Source: Tubiluchus corallicola (lineage: Eukaryota; Animalia; Priapulida). From it: a stretch of DNA of 64,000 nt. This document shows, piece after piece, positions 12,845-28,944 of the stretch (its first letter is position 1; the number at the start of each line of letters is the position of its first letter). A program made the position numbers and the translations under genes. The notes under the pieces were generated by a model, which was given only the letters and a program-made list of their open reading frames with translations, did no database searches and was not told where the DNA came from. Where the stretch lies: positions 310,001-374,000 of the forward strand of contig JAQGDQ010000043.1 in assembly GCA_030141605.1 (NCBI GenBank). The letters are read 5' to 3'.

Positions 12845-12950
12845 AAGAAAGAGCGGTACCATTGTTAAGACCTTGGTATGACTCGGTCGGGAGTTAAACC
12901 CGCGATCTCCCGAGTGAGAAGCGATCTTCTACCAGTGAACTATACCGCCT
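12845..12950 (-). mobile_element. tRNA-derived SINE head plus central domain
   Basis: Minus strand: ggtatagttcactggtagaa (A box) ... gggtttaactccc (B box), then gagtcataccaaggtcttaacaatggtacc, resembling the taccaaagac...aaaatggtac central domain of widespread metazoan SINEs. Confidence 0.6.
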
Positions 12951-15122
12951 GATACACGAAACATCAGGTGGTGCACTTTAATGGTGACGCTTATGGTGTG
13001 TGAGCTTTAGATCATTAACATTAATTTCAATGTAGTTTTGAAGTTAGAAGTTAACATTGAGTTTTGAAATTCTTAATAAAAAGAACAGAATCAGTTTGAT
13101 AAATTTCACAGAATATCAATAACTTTGTATCATTTTAATTAAAAAAGCAATGTTTCCACTACTAATATGCAGTAAAATGTTGCTTTTCTTGATAAAGCAT
13201 CATAAAATTTGTTATATTGTAGGTAATTTATCAAAAACAGTTTTAATTAAAGAATATGACCTGTCTTACATATCAGTGAATGTTACAACTGTTTTGCATC
13301 ATTTGACAAAATAGAAATGTTTAGTTCGCGAAACTGGTATTGTAACTTTGTATAGTTTGGTATCAACTATAAACATGAAGATGCATAATTGTATTAAAAA
13401 AAGAAGTACATAAAACGAGCAGTACTAAAAACCGACTAGATCATTAACTACTTTATGGTGCCATCCACTTACTTGACCTAATCGTGAATTATTGTTGATT
13501 TTATAGTCTTTTGCAAAATAATGAAACGCTTCTGCTCTTACAATTTAATGAAACCTTTCTCTAGTATCATCCTGCTTGTTCTATTGTTCTTAATTTCAGT
13601 AATTTTATTTAGTAATACTCATGAACTAAAGATTTTTTTCTTATTTATTTCTCTTAATGTAGTACTTAATGCCAGACTTTATCTTTAAAGATGATCATTC
13701 TGGTATAAGATATTAGTTGTCTACGTAAAAAACTAAGATTGCCAATTACTTTGTGCAAATTCTTTGCCATGCTTCTTATAACAAGCTTCAAGGGATATGA
13801 TAAGTTTTATATTTTAAATAATTTCACAGCTCAATATTTTGTAATACATTCTTTGATAGTTTTTTATTCGTCTTGGTGGTCTAGGGACTGTGCCCTTGTT
13901 CTGCAACTTAGTTTCCCGTGTGTGATTGATCATAACAACTCATTTTGCAAGAAGAAAAGAGCTGCTATAGACACTCCTTCAATTAGCAAAAGCTTATCTG
14001 TGCAAATATTGATGGTTTACTGCGTTATGCGTTACTTAACAGCTTCCCTTTTTCCAGGAACTTTTCTATAGTTTATCTGTTAAAAATTTGTTTATTTGAT
14101 GGGATCGTTTTATAGGCAGTCTCTTAGGTTTGCGAGTTCGTAAATTGCGCTAACTGCTCGTAAATTTTCTCAAAAAATGCTGGAAATACGGAAAACGAAC
14201 GTTTAGAAAACAGAAGTGTAGGTCGGCGGTGCATACATGTATAAAGATTGGATTGTTTATCAAGGTTGCCTTGTTTATTAAGTTTAATATTTACACAGAT
14301 GTAGGCACGTTATTTATCTAACCGTCTTTATAAATATATCCTGAATACAGAAGGCTTCAAAGAACAGAAAAAAATTAGACGCTTTTCCTCCAAAAAATGA
14401 TGAAATTTAAATACTATACGCTAACCAAGCCATAACAAACAATGTACTGCAGTTCGAATCTGTCAACAGTAAATAGTAAACTTCAAAATTCCTTGAATGA
14501 TTTGTCTTAAAAAAATTCTTGATCAAAAGACTGCAAAGAGGCGAAATAAGCTGGCATGAAAAGCACTCCTGTTAACTTGCTTATTTCCCTATGCTGGCTT
14601 AATTGCGGGAATCTGTTATCAGTCTTAAGACGCAAACTGCGCACAGCAAGATTACGATGTTCCGGCTGAGAATGTGTGAATCTAACTACAATATTAATGT
14701 GGTACGTTTACTGAATTGTATATACGAATGAGTGTCTTTCTCTACTTCTCAGGCCACTTTGCCGTCGTCTGGGCTTGTTGAGTATTAAACGATTTTCCTT
14801 AGTTTCCCCCAAGAGTTCAAGAATTTATTTCCTCGCTGCATCATACAGTTACCTCACTACAAAACAGATACTAGTCCAGAAATAGAGTTTTTAGTCGGTT
14901 GGCATACGTGCACACAAAAATTTCGATGCAAACAGTTTGCGCTAAAACCACAGATTGACAGGCCGACCTGAGATTCTGTTTTCCTCTATCTCATTAGGGG
15001 TTTATTTTTTAAATCCGGATCCCCGAAAAAAACTGGGAAATAAAAAATACAGTGTAAAATTTTGATTTGCAGGCACAAAAATAAATGCGAAAGTGAAGGA
15101 AATTAATATGTACTAAATACAG

Positions 15123-15576
<454 letters not shown>

Positions 15577-18500
15577 GTGCGCTGTAGTCTAGTGGTAGAG
15601 TTCCTTATGTTGTATCTATGCATTTAATCTTGAAATATGAAAGAACTGCCCTGAGACTTGTCATCATTAACAGAGAAAAACGTAATGCCCTTTATGCTCT
15701 CAAGGATTATAATATTTATATAATACATATAATAAATATTATACAGTAAATAATAAATATTATAGTTTTTGAGACAATAAATGGCATGACGTTTCTCTCT
15801 ACATTTAATCTTTCTTTCATTAAATTCTTGCGGTGCTGATATAAGACTTGTACTTATTTGTTTGCCTGCAGCTGGTATGACCGGCTAATTACCATACTTG
15901 GTTTGAAAAAAATTACGGGAGATTAAGAAAAAAGACAAAGGTAAGTAAGCTTGGGACTTAAACTCTGGTACTTCAGCTTGCTGTTAGATATATTTAGTGC
16001 ATGTGATTAGGTTAGCAATCAACTTCAGGGCTGGTTAATCTAAGATTTTTCTTTTTTGATTTTATAATGATTAGGAAGACATTCGTAGCATTCACATTAT
16101 TTAGTCACATAAGCTTGACGCATAATTTCTAACTGAAATCATCTTGGTCTATTGGTGTATTTGTGTTTGAAAAAAGTTACTATTGAACTAATTCGGCAAA
16201 ATACAGACGGGCCTTTCCCATATACAGCCGGGACTGAACTTGGTTGGCTGGTTGGCTGTGTAGCAAGTCTTTTAATGCCGACATCCTGTCCATTTTTTGG
16301 CGATTAATTGGTGCAAAAGAATGAATTCCAATCGTAAAGGACCAAGTTTAAGATATGCTATTCCAAATTTTCAGAACGCCTTAAAGCTGAAGTCAAATTT
16401 TTGGTCTGTCTGAGTCTGGAGATCAGTGAAAATAATGAAGGATATCAATATCATGGTAGTGTCAAGGACCGATAATTGAATATTGCAAAAGATTTCTGTG
16501 GAATTAACCTTGGTATCATCATCTTGAAACACTGCTGTATCAATGGAGTTGCATATGCGCAGTGCGCCTCAAAAAGCGTGAATTCTGAGAAAAAACTGGC
16601 AGAATGATACTCTTTACATAAATAAACAAAAATTGAACTACTAAACCAACATTAACTTCAGATTGAAATATGCAAAGGGTAAATCCCAGACTAAAACCGT
16701 AAACGCCTCTTTTTAGGAAACTTTACTATGTCAGAGCGATTTCGTGTTTTTCTCTAGTTCTTGCGGCGTGTTAATGAACGACCTTGTGGAAGAAATGATG
16801 CGAACTGAAGCAGAAAAATAAACCAAATCACGACTGATTTTCTTGGAAGATTTTCAAGTTTCGTTAGGCTATGTGTTTTAGAACGAAACGGCTATAATTT
16901 GGAGGCGAATTCTTTGAGCTTTTCTTATCTAAAGTTTTCTAGGTGATTTTCTAGTTATTTTTATCGCTTTTGATAAAATTCTTTTGCTCGAAATGCTCAA
17001 AAATGATAGTGATCAGAATTTAAGGATATTTGTTTTGAAAAATGTGTAAAGCCTTTAAAAGACTAGGCTTAAGTCTAACGTCATTTCCTGTTAAACTCAT
17101 GTCTCTATTTTCAAAAACCACTATCAAACAACAACAGCAGCAAATCTACAGACTTACAGAAAAGTTGAAGGAAGACAGGATGATTTTTCACATACTACCC
17201 CATTTTCATGTCCGATAAAACGTATACATTTTAACACAATTAATACTGCAAAAGTATTTTTGATAATTAAATAATAGATTAAAAACTTAATTAACGGCGC
17301 GCTAGCCCTACTATTGATGACATCACAAATTAACATAATTTTTTACAGCAAAAATATTCCACGAGCGTGTTGCACGTGTTTGTGAAAGCGAAAATTGAAG
17401 TACAGTGCTACTGTAAGACATTCAGTGTGTTGTATTAAAACTAGGTAAGTTTTAAGAGAAAAATTTAAATTTCAAAATTACCGCTGTGCTCACGCATGAG
17501 CTGTCGAACGCATTAGTTCGTCACAAACTAACATATCTGAACTGAGAGGTGCAGCTCCTGTTTTTGCGCAATGCCGTTTCCGAAATGCAGGCGCTAGTGC
17601 CCAGCGAATGGCGAAATGGATGTAACAGCGAAGAACTAGTGGTGTTTGTGTGGTAATTCTTTCACGTAAGTCATTTTTGAAAAAAATAGTATGTTGCCTT
17701 TCAATATTTTAAAGCGTAGATTGTTTTGAACTACAATTTACGTTTGGGTCCGGTTTTGCTTTAATTTTCTTTCAAATGTTTCAGCAGTCATGTCAATCAA
17801 TCTTGTTTTCGTAAAAAGCTAGAAAACTCGCTTCGAAATAGCATGTCTTCTGCACTTTAACTGTTTGTAGACTTCTATACCACAAATTGCTCCCCTGTTA
17901 AACTGTACACATCTTCCTTCAAGAAAAACGTGAAGAAATAGACGTATATGTTCTTCTGTCACTACCATTTATTATGAAATTTTTCCTTTCTATAGAATTT
18001 ATAGCTGATTCTAGTAAATCTTATTCTGAGTTAAATTGAACTGAATAGTTTCACATTTCTACTGTGGGCTTTTGCCTTTTGTTTATATTTATTCATATAG
18101 AAAAAATAACAAGCTTACTGTAACACTTTAGCGGTGCAGATTAAAATTTAACTGCCCTTTAATATATGAACACGTACCTATTTTAGAATGGTCATGGTGA
18201 TTTATTTTTAAAATTTAAACGAGTTCTAAAACGATGGATAAAAGGCTAGTACTGAACAAACCACCAGTTTAGTAAAATGTTTTCTACATGTCATGAGTTA
18301 GCTTTATAATGTTTGTTTTTTTCGAGCTGTTAATATTTACTAAAGTTATATACGGAAGTTATTTACTATAGTTACTAAAGCGCATTAATACGTGACGCAG
18401 AGTTTTTCAAAAAAGTAGATGCGTTCCTAACTGATACAGTTCTCCATTTGCCTTTTTGTGAGATTCACAAAATTTGCCCTAACTACCAAATTGTACGACA

Positions 18501-21500
18501 TTGGATTGAGCAGTGAACTGGTAACAGTTGGGCTATATGGTCATTTGAGATTTGGAAGTCAAAGATCAGAGCTCATCTGTCATTTCGTGAAGGATAACAC
18601 ATCTCGAGCAGCTATTAAAGTTGCTGTTTATCAGAACTTGCTGTCAAACCGTACATTTGTCTTGTCTTCTGCTAGGATTTTGCTCTTGTACACTCTCTCT
18701 TCACTTTCAATTATTTTTTATCAAGAGTTATTGTTTTCAATGCTTTATTTAGGACGCTTTAAAAGTCAAAATTAATGGGTCCACCAAATCAATTTAATCA
18801 GTAATCAATAAGCAGTATATCGGCGAAGAGCATAGTACATACTATTTTTACACGGCCAAAAGTCTGAATGCAACAAACTGTCTGGTACGCACCGTCTTAG
18901 ACAGAATTTGCATGCACACACGAAACGGCTCTTTATGAAGGGAGCAGAGGAATGGGTAATCACACTGTTAATGTTACCAGATGACACGTGGAAAAACGGT
19001 TTCTTTCTACTGGTCTTATGTGGTTTCGCCTGACTGAAGTTGTTGCATCGTGCACGCACACAGGAGCAAGATGAGATGATGATCTGCGTATGTTTATACA
19101 GGGCGCCCTGTGTTTATAAATAGGTCGCATACTATGTAAAATCTGTCTGACAATTGTCGGAGACAGATCTTGCCTATTCTGAGGCGTCAATAAAAGCCGT
19201 TTTGGAAACTTTAATAAAAACGCGTGCATGTAAATTTGCCAAAGGAAGGTTTATCGAGCGCGCACGCAAGCATAAACTGTATCGTACAAGTTGTTTAGAC
19301 AGCTTTTGTATTTTGTACGCTTGGGTATAAAGTACAATAAAAGGAGATTTATGAAATAGTTAATAATAGACAAAACCTAGTACTACATCAAAATTTTTTA
19401 TGCAATGCCGAATGATTAACGGAAGTCTTATATCTAGATTCACTTGAATTCCATGCATGTTTTAGGCAGTTTCGTTTTAGCAGGACTGGAAGCACTCATG
19501 TGCTTGTGCCTGCATTGAGATACTGTTTACTGTCTTTTGTTGGTCGCTGAATGTAATTTTGAGGAGTGACGAAATTTTACCAGTCGGGATTCGAACTCTT
19601 GTCAAACGATCAGTCGATAGATATTGGAAAAAAATGCCCCGACCAAGGGGTGAATTATCTAGCCAAGTGAAATTCCTTCTGGATTTTGTAAGATTCCCTT
19701 CTACAAAAAAAGAAGTGCGTCGTATCGTTCTTTTTTGGGTTAGATTACTTTAAACCGGATATAGCGATGGCGTTGAACGACGGTCTGAATGAGAAAGTGA
19801 GAATTCGCGCTCGGTCTGCGTAATGGTCATAGTGGCTTCCTGCGAAATTTCAATAACCCACGATGAAAACTGTGATGTCTTTCAAACATCACCACCACCA
19901 CCGACAATAACAACAACAGCGTGACCAAAAGAACTAGTTCTGGATTTAAAAAAACAGTTTTTAGCCTGAATACACACAGAACCGTAGAATAGTGGCATCT
20001 GATTCTCATTCCTCGAGTGTGGTTTGTGGCTCGAAGCTGAAAACATTTGAAATTATAAAATATTTACATGAGTTTGCGGCAAATTTTATAATAGATATTA
20101 AAAATACACATAACCTAAAACATCCACGTGTAAAACGAGGCAATTCGCTTCTATCTCGATGCGACATTTTTCATGCATTTGCTTCTGGTTCCACTGGTTT
20201 TTGTCAATTTTTTGTGCTTTTCCCGCCTTCAAGTTGTTCAGAATGAACAGCTGCCTGACGAGATTCATTTCATGATGACAACTTTAGTGTGAACACACGC
20301 ACTTATGTCAGCATCCATCACTGCCAAATTAGCACCTATTCTGAGAAAACAAGATGGAATGCATGTTTATAGGCCCAATTGAGTTATGGAGTCAAGGTGA
20401 AAACATATCTATAGTTATAATTTATTGCTGTATCATAAAGAACATAGTAATTCGTTTTACAAAATACATTTACATTTTTAATGTTCATACCTACAATTTG
20501 CGAGACGTTTTGCAACATGTTAATATCTGCCTAAAGATGTATTTAAATAAAGTGAATAACTTGATCTATTATCTCAGCCTTTTCGTCTTAAAGCCACTAA
20601 ATTCTCGGCTCTCTGTCTAGAATCTTTAAGGTGACAAATTATCTTAGTAAAATAAGCAAGAGGTGAAGCCGCACTCACAAGCACAAACTGTTGAGCAAAC
20701 TGTGAAAACTGTGAATTTAGCGGTTTTAAAATAAAAATATTGTTACGAAGGCAGATTTTGACCAACCCCCTAATGTTAGTAATGGGTATGGTTGAGAGGC
20801 CCAGTAATGCAAATGTCCTGTATAAAACAGAATGCCTGCCGTAATTTGCCGATTCCAACCTGGCCTTTCTGTCTGTAAAGGTGCATGCTGTAGGTTTGCT
20901 AATTTTTATACAAAAGTCTGTTCACATGTCATGGTTGTGCATTAAAGTTCATTTTACATTCGTATTCTTTTTTACTTTTCTCGTCTACTGTAGTACTTCA
21001 TAACTTGTATGCCGCTCTATACATCCTGAGACGGATCCGCGCGGGAATATTATAAAAGTATATCAAGTTATTCAATTTATTTATTTCCTTACCTGGCTAC
21101 TATTTATCTAAATTTTCAAACATACATTAAATGTATATATTAAATATTATATATTAAAACATATATTAAATGAAATTTATTCAGAACAAATTTATTCCCG
21201 CCACGCGACTGACCCGAGGAAACTATTCTAGCAAATCGACAGAACCAAAACAACAGCTACTGCAAAGAAAATCAAATAAGTCTGTCTATCCTACGAAGGA
21301 TGGTTGTTACGTAAAAGTGCCAACAATATTTAATTCTGGTTAAGCCAATGTAGTAAGGTGAAACAGTGTTGTTTCGGCGTTAAAAAGAGGAAGGAAAATT
21401 AGAGAAATTTAAGAGGTCCCCATGTTAATTACACAAATATGAAAGGGCAGGTAGCATATGCTCCGTCAGAACCTATGGCCAAAGAATTGCATCACTAAGC

Positions 21501-22930
21501 TGCGTGGCTTCCTTTTCTTGGCGTGATGCCAATTTAGGAATGCGTCTGCAGCTGTAACACCCTCACTTTTACGCTTTTCAACCGCCGGCCGTATACAAAG
21601 TAAAACTTTCCCGTTTTCCCCAGCCGGGATTCCAATATAGAGCTTGGAAAAACATACCGACCCGTCCGTCAACAGTCGACCTCCTAACACAGCGCCTACT
21701 GCAGCAAAACTAGAACACGACGGTATCTTGAAGAGAAATTGGCTGACGTGATAAACAGCTTGTTAGCAAATCAAAGTTAAATTGTTATTAGATGAGAATT
21801 ACGTGAGGAGTATCAGCTAGGCAGCAAGGAATCTTGCGAAAATCTCCCATCAGACCGACGTCATCTAGCAACCGTTTTAAACACTGACTCGTTTCAAAGA
21901 CAAAAAACTCTGGCGTGGCGTAATTGAACTATCAGCGCATTTGTAGGCGGTCTGAGCCGCGCGAGCTGGAAGATGAGCTCTAGATTCAAGCAGAACAAGA
22001 GTGAGCCGGCAATTAAGACTATCACAACGGGATGGTAATTAGGATTTAGTTTGTGAGCACTGAAAATTTGCTTGGGAAGAAACGACCACAAAGAAAAAAA
22101 GAAAGATCCACAAAGGAAAGGCTTGTAGAAACTTTCAGGTACTTATATCAGTTTACATTATATTTTTATGAAGAGTTGTCTTTTAAATAGGTCTGTTTGT
22201 TAAGCTGATAAGCTATAACGAAAAGAAAACGGACTCACCCCAGATTCAGCTTTGGTACAAAAAAAATCGACTGTCGGTATTAAATCCACGCTCATTTCTG
22301 CAACAACATGCGCATTGAAGTAAGGCTAAATTCAGTTGGCCGTGTTGAATCCGTGAAAATTTACATTTAATTTGTTTCCCTTTGATTGCTACCGGAAATG
22401 GCTACCGTTTAAATGACCCAAATCACAAAGCACAGAGTCTCTGAAAGATTCTTGCCGCCATCATCCAGCATATGCTAACCACCATTTTCTACATTTACTT
22501 TATTTTAATTTAATTTAATATAACAAATTTTTTGTTTAATATTTTTTTGGAGTCTGAGGGCACGTGAAATCTAACGTTAAATTATGTTCACACTTGTGCT
22601 TTGCGGGTGAGGCTGGCGTCTCTTTGCTAATATTCTGACACTTGCTAAAGAATTTGCAATAGCAATAAAAGTTTAAAAACACTTAGCTATCAGCAAAGTA
22701 AACTATCACTTAAGCATTCAGCATTTTGGGGCTGAAAATGTGGCAGTTGGTAAAGAATGCGGGCAGAATGTGCCGTGCAGTGTACCACCTGAAAGCTTTT
22801 GACGGAACGATATGAACTCAGCGAGTTTTCTCATCATCAGAGGTTATTTGAAAGTTACAGGTTGTAAACCAAAAACCGCAAGTCAATGGATGGCACTTCT
22901 AGGCAATATTTGCAGTTTTTCATTGACTGG

Positions 22931-22960
22931 GTGTGTGTGTGTGTGTGTGGGGGGGGGGGG
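22931..22960. repeat. (GT)n followed by a G homopolymer
   Basis: Directly visible. Confidence 0.9.
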
Positions 22961-24962
22961 TTGTGTCACCCGCCCACGGTAAAACTTACTCCATGGTTGT
23001 TCATTTTGATGTTTAACAATTCTCGTTGAACACATGCCGACCGAGTCTAAAGGCTCTCGTACTTTTTATTAGCAGCGTGAGTAATCTCCACGCCACCTAG
23101 AGTCCTACCTGTGTTCAACAAATTTATGATGCTGAATATTCTTGTCTGTAATAGTTTTCATTCTATAGGTTGTCAATACCTGAACGTTTAGTTGCTTTAT
23201 AAGCTTTAAGAACACCGCCTACGCCTGGTAGCACTAAAATCTTAATCCTTGATATTTTCAAACATTTCCTAAACAGAATCCGGATTCTAATATAGCAGTT
23301 GCTTTTGGGATGGTTAATAACGGAAGCTGGGATTAAACACAAAACGTTAGATTAGCGCGAGTGTAAAAACCATCTAGTAGAGCACATGTAACTCTTATGA
23401 AGTGGGGATTTTAATTAAATGAGAAGCAGATGGAACTTTGGGATTAAAATTTCAGTATAAATCTCCTGGTTTACCTATCAGTGTGGTTTTCGTTGAATTT
23501 AGATTCAGAAATCTCTCGAATTCACGTGGATTTAGTTTTTCGCTCGTGCCTAAAAGCAAAGCATTTCAGTCGATTTAATATTAAACCAGCTGGATACAGG
23601 ATAGTGAAGAAAAGTGAATTAGAGAGAATAAATATGAAAAGAAAATTCTTCACTGCAACACAGGTATTTCGTGAATAATTGATTTGAAATCAACGAATAG
23701 AAGGACCATAGTTGATTCAGGGTCATGGAATACATATTTGTGGTGAAAGCTGCACATGTGCCACAGAATAGGTATTTTATTCATTTCGCTTCCATTTCAC
23801 ATCATTTTTGTAGTTGAAGATATGGAATAAATAATACAAACAATTCCACATACGACAATAATTCCACAAACAACATTAATCGATTTACTGAAAAACTATT
23901 ATCTACTTTATGCATTTTATTGGCTTCATAAGATCGGAAATTTGCCTCTCCCACTCCCAGTAAATGCGTGAAATAGCTCCATTTATATAGACCTTCATTA
24001 CTTGAGCAGGACATTTGTTTAGATTTATAATCAAGGACGAATTCCGAGTAGATTGTTCCAATCCAAACGTTGATCAACCCCAGTCATTCACTCAAGCGCT
24101 GCATTCGTCCTTCATTCGGTAGACATTGCCTCGCCTAAAGATTGTAACAAGTATGGATCCACCCCAACATTTCAGTCTCTTCAGCCCCGCAGCTGAGCGA
24201 CTACAGGCCGCTGCACTGCAAACGCTCGAGGAATTTTCTGGGACGATTACTATTAATTATCTTGAATATTATTGTAAATGGATTCGTCTGGCTCTTCAGT
24301 GAAGAGCAGTGTAAAAATCTGTGCAATGTTTATGCTTTATAACATCTAACGTGTCATTTTATATTGGATGTCTAAATTCTGTCTACGTGACTAAATCTCA
24401 TACCTTAATTTATAGCCTTACAATATAGAATGCGGAAAAGAATTATGGTGCAAAAGAATCATACCATAAATTACATTTAAACGTAAAGTTTTGTAGACCT
24501 GCCCTTTAATTACTGCCTATAATTGTATAAAACATCTGGATGTATGATATATTAAGCTACTAAATTTTAAAAGCTTTTAATGGTTTAACAACGCAGTGAC
24601 TACGCCGTACGATCGCAAATGATGACCAGAACGACAAAAATGGTAACAACAACTATATAACAACAACAGTATCAGCAGCAGTACCATCAGCATCGACAAA
24701 AACCACTACATGTAATTTAGCAACATCAGTTGCAACTATTGTAACAGTAAGAACAACATTGTTACAATAACAGCAGTGGAATAGATTAAGAATGAACAAA
24801 AAGAACAATAAGAAAATTAAAACAGTAAGAAACTCAGTTAGCTGAGATGACCGGAGTCGGGCTTCTTTTTTTATCCAGTCCGAATTTCCGTTCTTCTAAT
24901 GTTTTCTATGCTCTTCATCCACCAGTAAGTCAGAATCCAGTTTTATACAACATGACCTACTT

Positions 24963-25030
24963 ACACACGCATGCACACGCACACGCACATGCACACACGC
25001 ACACACACCCACACACGCACGCACACGCAC
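24963..25030. repeat. (CA)n/(CACACG)n microsatellite
   Basis: Directly visible. Confidence 0.9.
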
Positions 25031-28000
25031 AAACATATAATTTATTTCGTACAGAGGTAGTATATTTCATACAAAGACAATGCAATAAAAAGACACTCTG
25101 ATTCAATAGAGTTAGCAGAGAAACACGAAGAGGTGCAATAAATTAGATACATAACAACGGATGAAACTAGATACAAGTGTGAAAAGTATGTAGACAAAAA
25201 CAGTTAAAATTAGCATCCGATAATAGAGAAATCGTAATGCAAGACATTTGCGCACTTGCAATCCGAATAAAATTCAAAAAAAGTTATGTTACAGCTACAT
25301 GTGACAATAAATTATTATTTGACTAATGCTGCCAGGACTGAAACATATATTGCATCTCACAGCTATACCTCGCCCTCCATAATAATGATTTTATTATCTA
25401 CCATTCATGGTGCTTGGGAGTACAAACGTAACATAACTAATGTTTTATGACCTGGAACTTGTTTGCTTCTCAGCCTTCTAGTGGGTGTGACTAATGGGAA
25501 GCTCTTACACCCCCACTAATAGGTATGTACATGTTAGAAGCCATTGAAAACCCTGTGATAAGTAATTCTTTGTAAGTTTTTTATCCTTTTTGTCAAAAGG
25601 AAAAACATTCAGAAAGTTTCCTACTCCAAAATCCAAGTTAAGTGGTTTGCTAACTGCTTTGCATTATTACAAACGCCACATTAGTCATGTGAGCATATCT
25701 GTGAATGGTGGCAGGTCCAATGTAAGTACGAAATTACTGAAGAGGCGTTGTCACTGTTTGAAGGCAAGTGTAAAATGCTTAAGCAGTAAAGCTATTAAAC
25801 TGAAATTTTGGAAGTGAAGTAGGTTAGTTGCAGTCCCTGCTGGAATTTTTTTTCTAAAAACACAAAGGTTTTTAAATACGCTTTTGTTTATCCGTTTAAT
25901 AAACCGATCTTTACACATTACTGCGCACTATTAACTGCTTAGGGAAGACAAGTTTCAAGTTTATATTGTTACATTGAAGAATCTACATATTAGTGAGTAC
26001 CTACTGCGTGCGTGTTTTCTTAACCAAATAGCCGATTGCTTAGTGTTGATGGTGATAAGTAATGGTGAGCCTGATCAGTGCATGTATGGGAGCTTGTTTC
26101 TTCTGCTATAGTACCCGTAATCTTTTTGAGGGTGCGCATACATTCAATCGTGGCTCAGACACTTATGCTTGAACAATGCTCCCTTTAGAAGATTGTTTTA
26201 GAGGTAGATTCCGATCCCTCCACAACCATTACATTGAGTAGGTTGTTCATTCGAAGCTAGAATCCAACTGTTTAAAAACACATGGATTTCTTATAAGCGT
26301 GAGATCAACGTTTTGCTGCATTCTCTGTAATTATTTAAAAAAAACAAATTTCTGTAACGCGAACTTATAACGTGCTTATTCGTTGAAGAAAAAGCATTTA
26401 AAAAGCCCAGAAATTCATTGTGTGGAATATTCAGTGGAACAAACCGTTGTAGTTTCATTCAATTCATTTAAGGGTGGTACGCTTCTTTCGCGGAGCGTAA
26501 GTGCTACACGTGTTCAGACAGCATTACATTTGAATACAAAGCAATTTGCATGTGGCAAACAAATTGAAACTACAGAGCAGTTGTTTGCAGTGTTTTCCTC
26601 CATGCAATCGATTTAATATAATTTGCTTATAAAACCTTCAATAACAAAGGTGTTGCTATTAAACAGACGTTTAACAATGTACATCTATCGTCATCCATAT
26701 ATTTTGTGCTCCTTCTTTTATACGATACGATCTTTGCCGCTGTATAATACAGCATCCGGTTTAAGAAAAAACTATTTATTAGCCCTAAATGAAGCCCTAA
26801 ACAACAGCACACTGACGCAGGGAGAGTATTGGTGGAGTTTGTTGTTGTTTAGAAGTACGAGTTCCACTGCGAGAATGCATCTTACTGTCAACAAGGTTTA
26901 ATAAGGGCTACCAACCGTTTCTTGGCTTCATTCCGGAGAAGCGGTGAACTACAGCGTAAATTGTTTTAGTAGGCCAGTTTAAGAAGGATGGTTTCATGTT
27001 GTGCAATTCAATTAGAAAATTGTTCTGCAAGTTTGAGCAAGACAGTATGTTTTTTACAAAAGTGAATTGGAATATTACTCTATGCAGCGCACAAAGTGAA
27101 TTGTGTAAGTTTATTACCGACTTTACATAAAATTGAGCCTTGATGCGAAGTATGCCACCGTAGTTTTCAAATGTATACTTGTATAAGATAGTTCACAATT
27201 GCGTAATATGGTCGAATGCGAACTCGGCACATTTCAACATTCGTCTCAAGTCAGTAACCGTTGTCATTGTCGTTTTGTTATTGTATACATTTTTGCCTTG
27301 GAAAACAGTAGTCTACCAAACTATTCAGTTTTGTGTTATTCCAGAATATTAGAGTAAAGTGATAGTCAAATTTCTCATTGTGTGCCTGGATGACTTTGTC
27401 GGTTACTTCTTCTGGCTGGTGTTACCTGAGGGCACTACATTAAATAAAGGTTGTAAATATAGTTTGAGGACCTCATTTTGATGTACATGACCTTTTGGGC
27501 GATTCTAATTGAAAATGTTAATGGTACACGTAGTCTAGTACACGTTTGTGCACTACTAAAAAACTTTTTGTTATAAACAATTACAAGCGTTTATTTTCAA
27601 TGCAAGTAGAAAGTAAAAACCAGTTTTACTTTCACGATGCGGATGTGTAGAGAACACATGTTCAGGATAGACACCTAGATGTAGATACGGATATATCCGT
27701 AGATACATAAAATCTGTAGATGTGGATACGTGTATAGATGTGAAATTTCACATTGACAGTAACCATGACTAAAAGTCCGATATTTTGTCTAATATCCTAT
27801 GACCACTTCATGCAGTATTGGTACAACGACTCTTTGTGTTTATTTAGGGTGTGCTAGTCTTAGCAATTACATCCGTAGGTTTATACAGAACAGAGCAGGT
27901 CTAGCAGATCATCTGGCTTCGGTTCAAGATGAGGAACACGTTTTACTATAATAGTTTATTTCACATTCGTGGCGATTTCTTCATCCTCTTGTAAACACCG

Positions 28001-28944
28001 ATTGCAGATTATTTATAGTGACCCTTAATGAATGAATAATGTAAGACAGCTGATATGTGGGAATTCCAATAAGGAACTGTAGCTGCTTCCTCATAAAGAA
28101 GAATAGCTGCTGTTAAATAATTTAAATAATTTTTGAAGACAAAATTCTTTGCAAGGAGTTAAGCATGTGCCTTCTTTGAACGTTAGAGGGATTCATTATT
28201 AATATTGAGGTAGTTCTGAAGATCACAGAAGTTTACTGCTTTATTCTTATACTGCTTCAAAAGTTTAGTTGGTCATTGCTTTAAAGTCGCAACACTTCAT
28301 TACTCCATGCATTACTGTTACAAATTTGTAAAGCATTATTTCGTTTTGTTCACAGTTTTCTGGATTTAATTGCTATATTGCGATATTTTTGCTATATTTA
28401 ATTGCTAAGATTGTTATGGTTTATCGTTCCAGCGGTGAGTCCCTTTGTGGTTCAGATTTTCATTGTGTGATTGCACAAATTTGTAGAATTTTGTTAATTA
28501 TCAATTACTAGGTTTCATTATTTCAAATTTCTATAGGTTCAAGGTTTTGTTATACACTATTTCATTGTTTCAGACATTTATGGTTCTGCAATTCATGATG
28601 TTGTTGTAAACAATTTCATTGCTTCACGCTTTTTCCTGAACGTCCGTCAGATTTTTTCCAACTGAGAATATTCGATCGAATTGAAATTTAGTAGCTAGGT
28701 TCAAAATAAAAAATTGTGGCATAGCATTCGTTAGTTAGTTAATTAGAGCTGTTTTTATGACATTAACCCGATATGTATTCTTGCAAACTTTTATGCTCAT
28801 TTCTCTTTTTCTTTTTCTTTTTTATATAGTTTTAGATTTATGGGTCTTTGCTACTGGGCTTTTTCATTGTTTCAAATTCATGTGGTTCTGTACTTCATCG
28901 TTCCATACTTCATATGCCATGGCAGAATCGTAATGTTTTTCATC

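Noticed and set aside
25475-25525. Imperfect hairpin ending in CTAG on the - strand (Helitron 3' end?)
   Set aside because: Hairpin geometry does not match the short stem ~10 nt before CTRR, and no 5' TC end or copy evidence is available.
27660-27775. gatacggatatatccgtagatac-type short repeats
   Set aside because: Probably a decayed repeat element; too degenerate to classify.
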